DNA from: an uncultured Verrucomicrobiae bacterium
Lineage (GTDB): Bacteria > Verrucomicrobiota > Verrucomicrobiia > Limisphaerales > Palsa-1400
Assembly (NCBI GenBank): GCA_963707025.1
Contig: CAVPOM010000004.1
Location: 320,001-384,000 of the forward strand
Direction: 5' to 3'
DNA length: 64,000 bases
Position 1 is the first letter of the stretch. The number at the start of each line of letters is the position of its first letter. The notes below the pieces were generated by a model. It was not told where the DNA came from. It ran no database searches and saw nothing but the letters and a program-made list of their open reading frames with translations. Made by a program: the position numbers and the translations under genes. Of this stretch, positions 29,735-38,784 are shown piece by piece.

Positions 29735-29856
29735 TTCGTTCGCCGGTTTCAAGAATGAGCGGGTCTTTGGTGCGGCGCATGGCCGTGGGCGTTGGCCCTG
29801 TTTGACAAGGACCCGGGCGGGAAATCCAAAAACTTTAACCAATTTGTTTGAAATTT

Positions 29857-32100
29857 ATGAATGCAGCTTATCGTTATTTGCAGTTGACAGCTTTTGGGCT
29901 GGCGGCGGTGGCCGCCCAGGGAGCGCGCGGGCAAACCAATAATCCGCCCGCCGCCGCGGCCGGCGCGGCCAGCCCGGCCGGCGCCACCAACGTCACCGCC
30001 CTGGGCGAAACGACCGTGGTGGGGCATTTGAATCAGGCGATCACTCAGATCCTGCCCAGTGTGGGGGCCACGGTTTCTTTAAAGGACGATGTGCAAATCC
30101 AGTCCATTGCCCAAGGAGCCAATGCCCCGGTCAATCAGGTCATCACCCGTTTTCCAGGCGTGGCGGAAGATTCGGCGGAGAACGGGGATTTGCATGTGCG
30201 CGGCGAGCACGCCAATCTGCAGTATCGCATTGACGGCGTGCTTCTGCCCGAAGGCATCGCCGGCTTTGGCTTGGAACTGGACCCGCGCTTCATCCAGAAC
30301 ATATCCCTGATCACCGGCTCGCTGCCCGCCCAATACGGCTTCCGCACGGCGGGGGTGGTGGATATTCAATCCAAGAACGGCGCGCTCAATCCCGGCGGCG
30401 AAGTCTCGCTCTACGGCGGCAGTTACGACACCTTCCGCCCCAGTTTCGAATACGGCGGCTCGTCTGGGAAGTTCAACTTTTTCGTGGACGGCAGCTACGA
30501 CCACAATGAACTGGGCGTGGAAAATCCCATCGCCGCTGCGACGGCCATTCATGATGAAACCGAACAGTTCAAGACCTTTCTCTACGGGTCTTACATCATA
30601 GACCCCTCCAGCCGGCTCACCTTTATGGCCAGCGCGTCCTACAGCGACTTCCAGGTGCCCAACACGCCCGGCGTGGCCTCGGGCACGGCTCCCGGGGGCG
30701 ATACCTGGGCTTCGGCCATGACCACGGATATTCCGGGATTTACCGGCTTCAATTCCGCCAACAACAACGAAAATCAAAACGAACAGAATTATTACACGGT
30801 CCTCACTTATCAAAAATCCGCCGGCGATTTGGATTATCAAATCTCCGCCTTCGGCCGCGAGAGCGAACAGCATTTCAGGCCGGACCCGATCGGCGACCTG
30901 TTTCTCAACGGCGAGGCCAGCGAAGTCCATCGCACTCTCTACTCCGCCGGCTTCCAAGCCGACAGCAGTTATCAATGGGGCAACTCCCATACCATTCGGG
31001 CGGGCGGGTCGTTTCTGGCCACGGGGGACCAAAACAACACCTCCACCACGGTCTTCGACCTGGACGCCGCCGGCAACCCGACGACCCTGCGGAGCATCCA
31101 GGACAACTATCCCCTCTACGGCTTGTTTATGGGTGTGTATTTGCAGGACGAATGGAAGCTCGCCTCCAAGCTCACCCTCAATTACGGCGCGCGCTTCGAC
31201 GTTTACTCCTCTTCCTTTGATGCGGAAAACCAACTCAGTCCGCGTGTCAACCTCGTCTATAAGCCGTTCGATGGCACCACCCTGCATGCCGGCTACGCCC
31301 GTTACTTCACCCCCCCTCCCGTGGAGGCTGTCACTGCCGGCACCTTGAGCTTGTTCAACGGCACCTCCGGCGCCTCCGCCGTCACCCAGGACAGCCCCGT
31401 CAAAGCCGAGCGCGCCAACTATTACGACGCGGGCATCAGCCAGACCATCCTGCCCGGTTGGAGTGTGGGCTTGGACGGCTACTACAAGACCGCCCAGCAA
31501 CAACTGGATGACGGGCTTTTTGGCCAGACCCTCATTCTCTCCGCCTTCAACTATGAAAAGGGCCGGGTTTATGGACTGGAATTGACCACCTCCTACCAGA
31601 CCAATAACTTTTCCGTCTATGCCAACGCCGCCTACTCCTACGCCCAGGGTCAAAATTGGGACTCGGCCCAGTTCCTGTTCGATCCGGGTGATCTCGCCTA
31701 TGTCCAGAATCATTGGATTCATCTGGACCACGACCAGAGGTACACGGCCTCGACCGGCGTGTCTTATCGTTTCAAGGAGTCCCATGAGGCCAGCACTCTG
31801 ACGTATCTGGATCTCGTTACCGGCAGCGGATTAAGACAGGACGGCGGAGGCTTCGAGCCGGCCGCCGACGGCGGCGGCCCCATCCCCAACGGCTCGTCCG
31901 TTCCCGACTATTACGAGATCAACATCGGCGCCGAGCAAACTCTCAAGGTCGCCCACAAGCAGTTTTTAAAAGTCCGCCTTGATATTGTCAACCTGACCGA
32001 CAACATTTATGAGCTGCGCAGCGGCTCGGGCGTCGGCGTCAACGCCGCTCAATACGGCATGCGCCGCGGCCTCTTCGGCACCCTCAGTTACCAGTTCTGA
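29857..32100 (+). CDS. TonB-dependent receptor 1
   Basis: Signal peptide, TonB box ETTVVG, plug LHVRGEH, YLQDEW, NYGARFD, C-terminal F. Confidence 0.9.
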   Translation: MNAAYRYLQLTAFGLAAVAAQGARGQTNNPPAAAAGAASPAGATNVTALGETTVVGHLNQAITQILPSVGATVSLKDDVQIQSIAQGANAPVNQVITRFPGVAEDSAENGDLHVRGEHANLQYRIDGVLLPEGIAGFGLELDPRFIQNISLITGSLPAQYGFRTAGVVDIQSKNGALNPGGEVSLYGGSYDTFRPSFEYGGSSGKFNFFVDGSYDHNELGVENPIAAATAIHDETEQFKTFLYGSYIIDPSSRLTFMASASYSDFQVPNTPGVASGTAPGGDTWASAMTTDIPGFTGFNSANNNENQNEQNYYTVLTYQKSAGDLDYQISAFGRESEQHFRPDPIGDLFLNGEASEVHRTLYSAGFQADSSYQWGNSHTIRAGGSFLATGDQNNTSTTVFDLDAAGNPTTLRSIQDNYPLYGLFMGVYLQDEWKLASKLTLNYGARFDVYSSSFDAENQLSPRVNLVYKPFDGTTLHAGYARYFTPPPVEAVTAGTLSLFNGTSGASAVTQDSPVKAERANYYDAGISQTILPGWSVGLDGYYKTAQQQLDDGLFGQTLILSAFNYEKGRVYGLELTTSYQTNNFSVYANAAYSYAQGQNWDSAQFLFDPGDLAYVQNHWIHLDHDQRYTASTGVSYRFKESHEASTLTYLDLVTGSGLRQDGGGFEPAADGGGPIPNGSSVPDYYEINIGAEQTLKVAHKQFLKVRLDIVNLTDNIYELRSGSGVGVNAAQYGMRRGLFGTLSYQF

Positions 32101-32161
32101 AAACCCTCGGGCAGGCGGGCCGCCGGAACATGAATCCGATCAGCTCAAATTCGCGCGCCCT

Positions 32162-32336
32162 CCCCCTCTCTCTCCCCGCTTGCGGGGAGAGAGGCGGGCC
32201 GCCCAGCAGGTTGCGCACCCGGATGCCCCCCTCTCTCTCCCCGATTGCGGGGAGAGAGGCGGGCCGCCCAGCAGGTTGCGCACCCGGATGCCCCCCTCTC
32301 TCTCCCCGATTGCGGGGAGAGAGGCGGAGAGAGGGG
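32162..32336 (+). repeat. 65-bp tandem repeat (~2.6 copies), each with a CTCTCTCCCCG-N4-CGGGGAGAGAG hairpin
   Basis: Units start at 32162, 32227 and 32292. Confidence 0.85.
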
Positions 32337-32499
32337 TGGCCAGGCTCGTCGAACGCGTGGGACGAAAAATCTGGTCCCGCGCCCCGGGCCCGGCGTCTGC
32401 CCCCGCCGTGCGCCGGGATGTATTAGCTTCGATTATTTGTTTTTACATGCAAACATATAATTTGACGCCATACATTTTTTGTGGAATAAGACACAAAAA

Positions 32500-34797
32500 A
32501 TGCATGCATCTAAAAGAGGGGCGCAGGCCCCAGGCGCGCTTATCGCACGAAGCCGCTCCCTGCCGCGTCTCCCAGGCCGGCTGCGGCCCGTCCTGTTTGT
32601 TCTCGCCGCCCTGCCTCTGGCCGCGGTCGGCGCGGACCCGCCCGGTTCGCAGGCAGCTTCCACCAACATGAACACCAACCCGCCACCCGCCCTGGCGCCG
32701 CCGAACACCAACACCGCCGGAACGAATGCCCCCGTCCTGCTCGAAACCGTCGTCGTGACGGGCCATTTGGACGCCGCCCGCGAGCAGATTGCCCCCAGCC
32801 TGGGAGCGGTGACTTATGACATTGGCCCGCAGCAGATTCAGTCCATGGGCCAGGGCGAAAACGCCTCCTTCCAGCAGGTCCTCCTGCAAGCGCCGGGCGT
32901 GGTGCAGGAGGAATTCGGCGAGGTCCATGTCCGGGGGGATCATGGGGACGTCCAATACCGCGTCAATGGCGTCCTGCTCCCTGAGAGCCTTAATGGCTTC
33001 GGGCAGGAAATTGACTCTCATGTCATCCGCTCGGTCACTCTGATCACGGGAACACTGCCGGCCCAGTTTGGGGACCGCACCGCCGGAATTATTGATGTCA
33101 TCACCAAGACCGGTTCGCAACTCAACGGCGCCGAGCTTTCGCTCTACGGCGGCAGTTACCAAACCTTCAATCCCTCACTGCAATGGGGCGGCGCCACCAG
33201 CAATCTGGACTACTTTGTCGCCGCCTCCTGGTTGCGCGACAACCATGGCATTGACAACACCACGGCCAGCCCCGATCCGCTGCACGATCTGACGGACCAG
33301 GAAAAGCTTTTTGCTTATTTCTCCCATCACTTCGACCCAACCAGCCGCCTGAGCTTGCTGCTGAACAGTTCCTACGGGGACTTTCAGATTCCCGACACGC
33401 CGGGGCTTGTGCCAGCCTATCAGTTGGCGGACAGCCCTCCGGCCAACTCCGCCGCCGCCAACAATTACCAGAACGAGCAGAATTATTACGCGGTGCTCTC
33501 GTATCAGAAATCCGCGGGCAAGCTTCTGTCTCAAGTTTCCATTCTGACCCGATATACGGACATCCGTTTCAGTCCCGACCCGGTGCAGAGCCTGCTTTTC
33601 AGCGGCAATGCGGCGCGGGTGGAGAACAGTGATCTGGCCAGCGGCCTGCAGGCCGACGCCTCTTACGAGTTGGGCGATCACCACACCCTCCGTGCCGGTT
33701 TGCTCGCCAATGATGACATTGAAAAGCTCGACACAACGTCCGCCGTCTTCCGATCAACTGATCTGTTTTCCCCCTCCGGCTCCGGTTTCAATCTGCCAAG
33801 CGCAATACCGCCGCAATCCTCCGCCGCTCCATACAGCATCAGAGCCAATGGCGGCAACAGCGGGTTGACCGCCGGCGTTTACCTCCAGGATGAGTGGGGT
33901 TTGACCGATCACCTCACGCTCAACTACGGCGCGCGTTACGATCTTTTTGACGTTTCGTTTGACCATGAGTGGCAAATCAGTCCGCGCGCCAACCTCGTTT
34001 GGGAGATCAACAAGGCGACTTCCGCCCACATCGGCTATGCGCGCTATTTCATGCCACCGACGCTGCAATTCGTTCCGCCCTCCACCGTCAAGGCATTCGA
34101 CTACACCACCGACGCTCCTTTCAATGACCGGGACGATCCCCCCAAAGTCGAGCGCGACCATTATTTTGACGCCGGCCTTTCCCGCCAGATCAGCGCCCCC
34201 TGGCAGGTGACCCTGGACTCATTCTGCAAGCTGGCCAGGAATCTGCTCGACGACGGCCAGTTTGGCACCGCCGTGATTCTCAACAATTTCAACTACACCT
34301 CCGGCACGGTTTATGGCGCCGAACTGGGCAGCACTTTCAAACAGGGACCCTTCTCCGCCTACGCCAATTACTCGTACGTCCAAACCTGGGCGCGTAATTT
34401 TGACTCCGTTGAAAATGAATTTCCCACCAATGAACTGGGTTATGTGGCCGCCCACCCAATCCAACTGGATCACCAGGGCCGTTTCACCGCCTCCGGCGGT
34501 CTCTCCTATGTCCTGCTCAAGGACACCCGTCTTTATTCCGATTTCCTCTATGGTGACGGCCTGAGAGGGGGATTTGCCAACCTTGAAAAACTAGGCCCTT
34601 ACTGGACGGACAATCTCGGGGTGGAGCATGTCTGGCATTTGCATTCCGCGGGCTTCAGCGCCTTGAAGCTGCGTTTTGATTGCCTTAATCTTTTCGACCG
34701 CGTCTATGAAATCCGCGACGGCACTGGCATCGGCATCGCCGCCCCGGCCTATGGTCCCCGCCGCGCCTTTTATGCCGGGATCACCGCGGCCTTCTGA
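32500..34797 (+). CDS. TonB-dependent receptor 2 (paralog of receptor 1)
   Basis: ETVVVTG, VHVRGDH, YLQDEW, NYGARYD, C-terminal F; start uncertain (32479 GTG or 32500 ATG). Confidence 0.9.
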   Translation: MHASKRGAQAPGALIARSRSLPRLPGRLRPVLFVLAALPLAAVGADPPGSQAASTNMNTNPPPALAPPNTNTAGTNAPVLLETVVVTGHLDAAREQIAPSLGAVTYDIGPQQIQSMGQGENASFQQVLLQAPGVVQEEFGEVHVRGDHGDVQYRVNGVLLPESLNGFGQEIDSHVIRSVTLITGTLPAQFGDRTAGIIDVITKTGSQLNGAELSLYGGSYQTFNPSLQWGGATSNLDYFVAASWLRDNHGIDNTTASPDPLHDLTDQEKLFAYFSHHFDPTSRLSLLLNSSYGDFQIPDTPGLVPAYQLADSPPANSAAANNYQNEQNYYAVLSYQKSAGKLLSQVSILTRYTDIRFSPDPVQSLLFSGNAARVENSDLASGLQADASYELGDHHTLRAGLLANDDIEKLDTTSAVFRSTDLFSPSGSGFNLPSAIPPQSSAAPYSIRANGGNSGLTAGVYLQDEWGLTDHLTLNYGARYDLFDVSFDHEWQISPRANLVWEINKATSAHIGYARYFMPPTLQFVPPSTVKAFDYTTDAPFNDRDDPPKVERDHYFDAGLSRQISAPWQVTLDSFCKLARNLLDDGQFGTAVILNNFNYTSGTVYGAELGSTFKQGPFSAYANYSYVQTWARNFDSVENEFPTNELGYVAAHPIQLDHQGRFTASGGLSYVLLKDTRLYSDFLYGDGLRGGFANLEKLGPYWTDNLGVEHVWHLHSAGFSALKLRFDCLNLFDRVYEIRDGTGIGIAAPAYGPRRAFYAGITAAF

Positions 34798-34804
34798 ACA
34801 GACC

Positions 34805-35524
34805 ATGAATGCGATCCATGCCAATGCGGGCGCGGGCGGTTACCAGTTGAAAGACGAGCTGGCCCGTGTTTGCCTGCCCGCCCCTCATGCCCACGATCAG
34901 CGCAACCTGGCCTGGACCAACTCCATCTGCCTGCTCTTTCTCATCGTCGGCCTGGTGGGTTTCCGCCCGGCCCCGCCCCCGCCCATCCTGGTCAAGCCTT
35001 TGGAGGAGCCGGCGCCGGTCATTATCGAGCCGCCGCCGGCCCCGCCGCCCGCTCCGGTCGAGTTGAGCCAGGACAACAAACCGCCTGAGAAGCCGGAGAC
35101 AGACCAGCCCAAGGTGCTGGTCACGCTCGCGTCGCCCGCCGTCATTTTCTCCGTCCCCACGCTCAACGGCACCCTCGTTACTGTCAAACAGTACCAAGTG
35201 CCGGCGGAGACCCATGCGGCGCCGCAAGCACCGCCGCCGCAACCGCCCGCCCAGCCCAGCCGGTTGGAGAACACCGGGCAGGGTGGGGACCGCCCCGAGC
35301 CAACTTATCCCAAAATGGCCGAGGATTTGGGCCAGCAGGGAACCGTCGTGTTGTTGTTGACCGCCGACGAAGCGGGCCTCATCATGGCGGTCGAGGTCAA
35401 GGAGTCCTCCGGCTCCTCCATCCTGGATCACGCCTCGGCGGAGTTCGTCAAGAAGCACTGGACCGTTTCGCCGGGCGCGCGCGGACGGTTGTTTCAGGCG
35501 GCCATTAACTACAAACTAAGGTGA
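34805..35524 (+). CDS. tonB: TonB energy transducer
   Basis: TM anchor, Pro-rich linker, PTYP..A...GQQGTV..SSGSSILD. Confidence 0.85.
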   Translation: MNAIHANAGAGGYQLKDELARVCLPAPHAHDQRNLAWTNSICLLFLIVGLVGFRPAPPPPILVKPLEEPAPVIIEPPPAPPPAPVELSQDNKPPEKPETDQPKVLVTLASPAVIFSVPTLNGTLVTVKQYQVPAETHAAPQAPPPQPPAQPSRLENTGQGGDRPEPTYPKMAEDLGQQGTVVLLLTADEAGLIMAVEVKESSGSSILDHASAEFVKKHWTVSPGARGRLFQAAINYKLR

Positions 35525-35553
35525 TCTCCGGTTAGAAAGCGACTTATAAAATT

Positions 35554-36180
35554 ATGATGGCGAATATCGTGGTGGAGTTCTTCGGCAAAGGCGGCCCGGT
35601 CATGTGGCCGATCCTGGTGGCGGCGCTGGTCGCCGTGGCAGTGGTGGGCGAGCGCTCCTTCTGGTGGTGGCGCGAAAGCCGCCGCCGCGACCCCCGCAAG
35701 CTGGAGCAGGTTCTGGCCGCCCTGGAAAATTCCGATGTCTCCGCCGCCCTCAAAATCGCCGGCGGTTCGGAGGACGCGGTGGTGCGCATGATCTATCGCG
35801 GCTTGAGCCACGTCCACGCCTCGATGGAAGGGGCCTTGCAGTTGGCCGCCGGCATCGAGTTGGAGCGGGCCGGCCGCTTCCTCACCGTGATGGACACCCT
35901 GGTGACGCTGGCCCCGCTGCTGGGCTTGCTCGGCACCGTCACCGGCCTGATGCATGCCTTTCTCCAGGTGGGCAACGAGGAACTGGCCGTGGGCGCGGTC
36001 ACCGGCGGCATTGGCGAGGCTCTCATCGCCACCTGCTGCGGCCTGGGCATCGCCATTTTCTCGCTCATCCCCTTTAATTTTTTTACCGCCAAGGTGGCCC
36101 GCCTCCAATTTGAACTGGAGACCGCCGCCTCCAACGTCGAAGTCATGGTCAAGGCCGGTAAAATCAACGGAGCGAAGTGA
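35554..36180 (+). CDS. exbB: ExbB/MotA/TolQ proton channel
   Basis: GGPVMWPI, APLLGLLGTVTG, GIGEALIAT. Confidence 0.9.
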   Translation: MMANIVVEFFGKGGPVMWPILVAALVAVAVVGERSFWWWRESRRRDPRKLEQVLAALENSDVSAALKIAGGSEDAVVRMIYRGLSHVHASMEGALQLAAGIELERAGRFLTVMDTLVTLAPLLGLLGTVTGLMHAFLQVGNEELAVGAVTGGIGEALIATCCGLGIAIFSLIPFNFFTAKVARLQFELETAASNVEVMVKAGKINGAK

Positions 36181-36605
36181 GAATCCCCTCGCCAGTCCAG
36201 GGCAAACGCTGCCGCATTGAGATCATTCCTTTGATTGACATCATGTTCTTTTTGCTCGCCTCCTTCATGATGGTCAGCCTTCAGTTGGAGCAGGCCCACA
36301 ACATCAAGGTCAATCTGCCACCCGCCGCCAGGGCCGCCGCCGATTTCAAGCCGGGCCTGGTCAACATCGCGGTGGACACCAACGGCGCCGTCTGGCTGGA
36401 AAGCAAACCCATCACCCTGCCCGAATTGCGGCTGGTCCTGAGCAACCGCTTCCGCCTGGACACCAATCTGCCCGTCTATCTCAGCGGCGACGGCGGCGTG
36501 CTGCAGGGGGCGATTTCCGACGTGTTGCTCACCATCCGCAATGTCGGCGTGCAAAAAGTGGCCTTCATGGTCAAGGACCGCGCGGGGGGAGCGGGCCATC
36601 CGTGA
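36177..36605 (+). CDS. exbD: ExbD/TolR
   Basis: IEIIPLIDIMFFLLASFMMV. Confidence 0.9.
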   Translation: MRIPSPVQGKRCRIEIIPLIDIMFFLLASFMMVSLQLEQAHNIKVNLPPAARAAADFKPGLVNIAVDTNGAVWLESKPITLPELRLVLSNRFRLDTNLPVYLSGDGGVLQGAISDVLLTIRNVGVQKVAFMVKDRAGGAGHP

Positions 36606-37033
36606 AAATCCGCTCCCCCATCAGCCGCAAGAGGCCCCGCCTGGAAATCATTCCTTTGATTGACATCATGTTTTTTCTGCTCGCCTCCTTTATGATGGTC
36701 AGCCTGCAAATGCAGAAGGTCCGCACCCTCAAGGCCAGCCTCCCCACCGCCACCCTGGCCGCCGCCAACACCAAGCCCGACATGATCAACCTCCGGGTGG
36801 ACCGCCTGGGGCTGTTTCACCTGGAGAAGGCCCCGCCCATTAACCGCGCCGATTTGCGTGCGCTCCTGACCAATCGTTTCGCCCATAACACCAACCTGCC
36901 CGTCAGCATCAGCGGCGACCGCGACGCCCGCTACGGGGACACCATTGCCTTGCTGGACTTCGTCGAACAGGCCGGCATCCGGCGCGTCGCGGTGGCGGTG
37001 ACCGGGGCGGAGGCGCCGCGCGCCCTCCCATAA
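36602..37033 (+). CDS. exbD: ExbD/TolR (second copy)
   Basis: LEIIPLIDIMFFLLASFMMV, ISGDRDARYG. Confidence 0.9.
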   Translation: MKIRSPISRKRPRLEIIPLIDIMFFLLASFMMVSLQMQKVRTLKASLPTATLAAANTKPDMINLRVDRLGLFHLEKAPPINRADLRALLTNRFAHNTNLPVSISGDRDARYGDTIALLDFVEQAGIRRVAVAVTGAEAPRALP

Positions 37034-37035
37034 GC

Positions 37036-37599
37036 ATGAAAAGCTTCCAACAAAATCTGTTGATCGCCCTTGCTTTTGCCCTGTGCGCCCTGTGCGTCTG
37101 GCAATGGCATTTTCAAACCGTGCAGCGGGGCTGGCTGGCCGACCGGAACAAGGACATTGCCGCCAGGGACACCAAGATCCAGAGCTACACCAATTCCCTG
37201 GACAAGATGGACCAGCAAATCACCCGGATGGACCAGACCATCGCCGGATTGGACGACAATTTGCGGCAGGCGCTCAAGACCAACAGCGAATTCATCATCC
37301 TGCAGAAACGCCAGATCGCCCGCCTGGACGCCAGCAACGACACCCTGCTCAGCGACGCGGCCCAATACACCAACGCCATCGCCATTTTGCAAAGCAACCT
37401 GAGCACCGCTTACGCCGGCATCAAAACGCAAAACACCAACCTGGAGCTGCTGGCGGCCGATCGCGAGAAGTGGTACAAAGCGTACACCAACACCGTCAGC
37501 CAGTACAACGACCTCGTCGGCAAATACACCAACGTCGTGGACCGCCTCAACCAGCTCCAGGCCGCCGCCGCCGCCGCCACCAATGCCCCGCACAAATAA
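37036..37599 (+). CDS. Membrane-anchored coiled-coil protein
   Basis: N-terminal TM, heptad pattern, starts 2 nt after exbD. Confidence 0.7.
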   Translation: MKSFQQNLLIALAFALCALCVWQWHFQTVQRGWLADRNKDIAARDTKIQSYTNSLDKMDQQITRMDQTIAGLDDNLRQALKTNSEFIILQKRQIARLDASNDTLLSDAAQYTNAIAILQSNLSTAYAGIKTQNTNLELLAADREKWYKAYTNTVSQYNDLVGKYTNVVDRLNQLQAAAAAATNAPHK

Positions 37600-37725
37600 G
37601 CGGCTTGGCTGGAGCGGTTTCAAGAAAACTGTGGCCCGACAAGGCAAACCAGCTCATCGCGTCCTGGCGGGGTGTTATGGCTGCACTGTTATTGAAAATG
37701 CTCCAATCTGCTCACTGAAATTGCT

Positions 37726-38685
37726 CTAAAAGTGATAACTCAGGATCACCTTGAACAGCGCCGAGGCCGCCAACTGGTTGCCCCGGAAGTCCTGGAAGAC
37801 GGGCAGTTCCACATCCGCATACAAACTCACCGGGTGCAGGTGGAACTCCATCCCGGGCGAGAGCATGATCCGCTGGTAGCCGGAGGCCGTCCCGCCGGCC
37901 GTGGCGTTGGCCCCGCTGTCGCTGGTCCTTTCCGAGGCGATGACTTGCGCCACCGGCGTGATCCGCATGCGCCCGAGCGACCAGCCGCTGTAGTAGAGGC
38001 CCGCCGCCGTGTCAATTTCCACCCCCGGCCGATAGTGGGCTTGCGTCAGCGTCGGCAGATCCAACAAGGCCTGCGCAAACCAGTTCACCTGGTTGTCCTT
38101 CGTCACCGCGCCGCGATGAAAGCCGCCCAGGAGCAGATCAGTGCTCCCGGTCCCGATTTCCGAGTCCCGGTCCACGTCGCCATAAGCATTGTTGTGCGAG
38201 AAACTCCCGGTCGGCAGCTTGAAACCAAAGGTCAGGCCGCTGGACAAATCCGGTGAAAACCCGGTGTAGATTCCCTCCAGCCGGATGTCCCCCAGTTGGC
38301 TCCAATGCTCCGAGGCAATGGGATTGCCCGGCGCGGCCGAGACGGTTTTGAAAACTCGATTATCATAAGGCACTTCGGCCTGGATTCCCCAACTGCGGTT
38401 GAACAGGTACTGAATTCCCGCCGTGAAAAAGTGCGTCCGGATTTCCTTGTCCGTATTATCCGCCGCCGGCGCCTGCGAAGTGCCGCTCCAATTGTGCTTC
38501 TGATCCATGAAATCATAATCCACAAACGCCATCCCCCCGGTCCCCTGGGGAAACATCGAACTGGTCGCCACGTCGAACACGCCGCAGCCGCAGGCGCAGC
38601 CGCGGGCCGCGCCCGGCGCCAGCCCCAGGGCCGCCAGCGCGATGCAAATCGCCCGCTCCAAAATCCTTTTCGGCTTCATATTCAT
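37726..38685 (-). CDS. Putative outer-membrane channel with N-terminal CACGC motif
   Basis: Signal peptide then CACGC; LGDI, GFKLPTG, GTGSTD; C-terminal YHF. Confidence 0.7.
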   Translation of the reverse strand: MNMKPKRILERAICIALAALGLAPGAARGCACGCGVFDVATSSMFPQGTGGMAFVDYDFMDQKHNWSGTSQAPAADNTDKEIRTHFFTAGIQYLFNRSWGIQAEVPYDNRVFKTVSAAPGNPIASEHWSQLGDIRLEGIYTGFSPDLSSGLTFGFKLPTGSFSHNNAYGDVDRDSEIGTGSTDLLLGGFHRGAVTKDNQVNWFAQALLDLPTLTQAHYRPGVEIDTAAGLYYSGWSLGRMRITPVAQVIASERTSDSGANATAGGTASGYQRIMLSPGMEFHLHPVSLYADVELPVFQDFRGNQLAASALFKVILSYHF

Positions 38686-38725
38686 AATTCTAATCCTAAT
38701 CTTAATCCTAATCTCATTCTTATCT
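38685..38725 (+). repeat. (TAATCY)n hexamer array
   Basis: TAATTC TAATCC TAATCT TAATCC TAATCT CATTCT. Confidence 0.8.
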
Positions 38726-38784
38726 TCAACCACATTCGTGATTGATCAGCCCCCGCTTCGTGGCATGATAACTTTCATTCGCTC

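Noticed and set aside
29735..29856. Cobalamin or other riboswitch upstream of TBDR1
   Set aside because: No recognisable conserved riboswitch core; an Rfam scan would be needed.
32162..32336. CRISPR array
   Set aside because: The intervening sequences are identical, so this is a tandem duplication.
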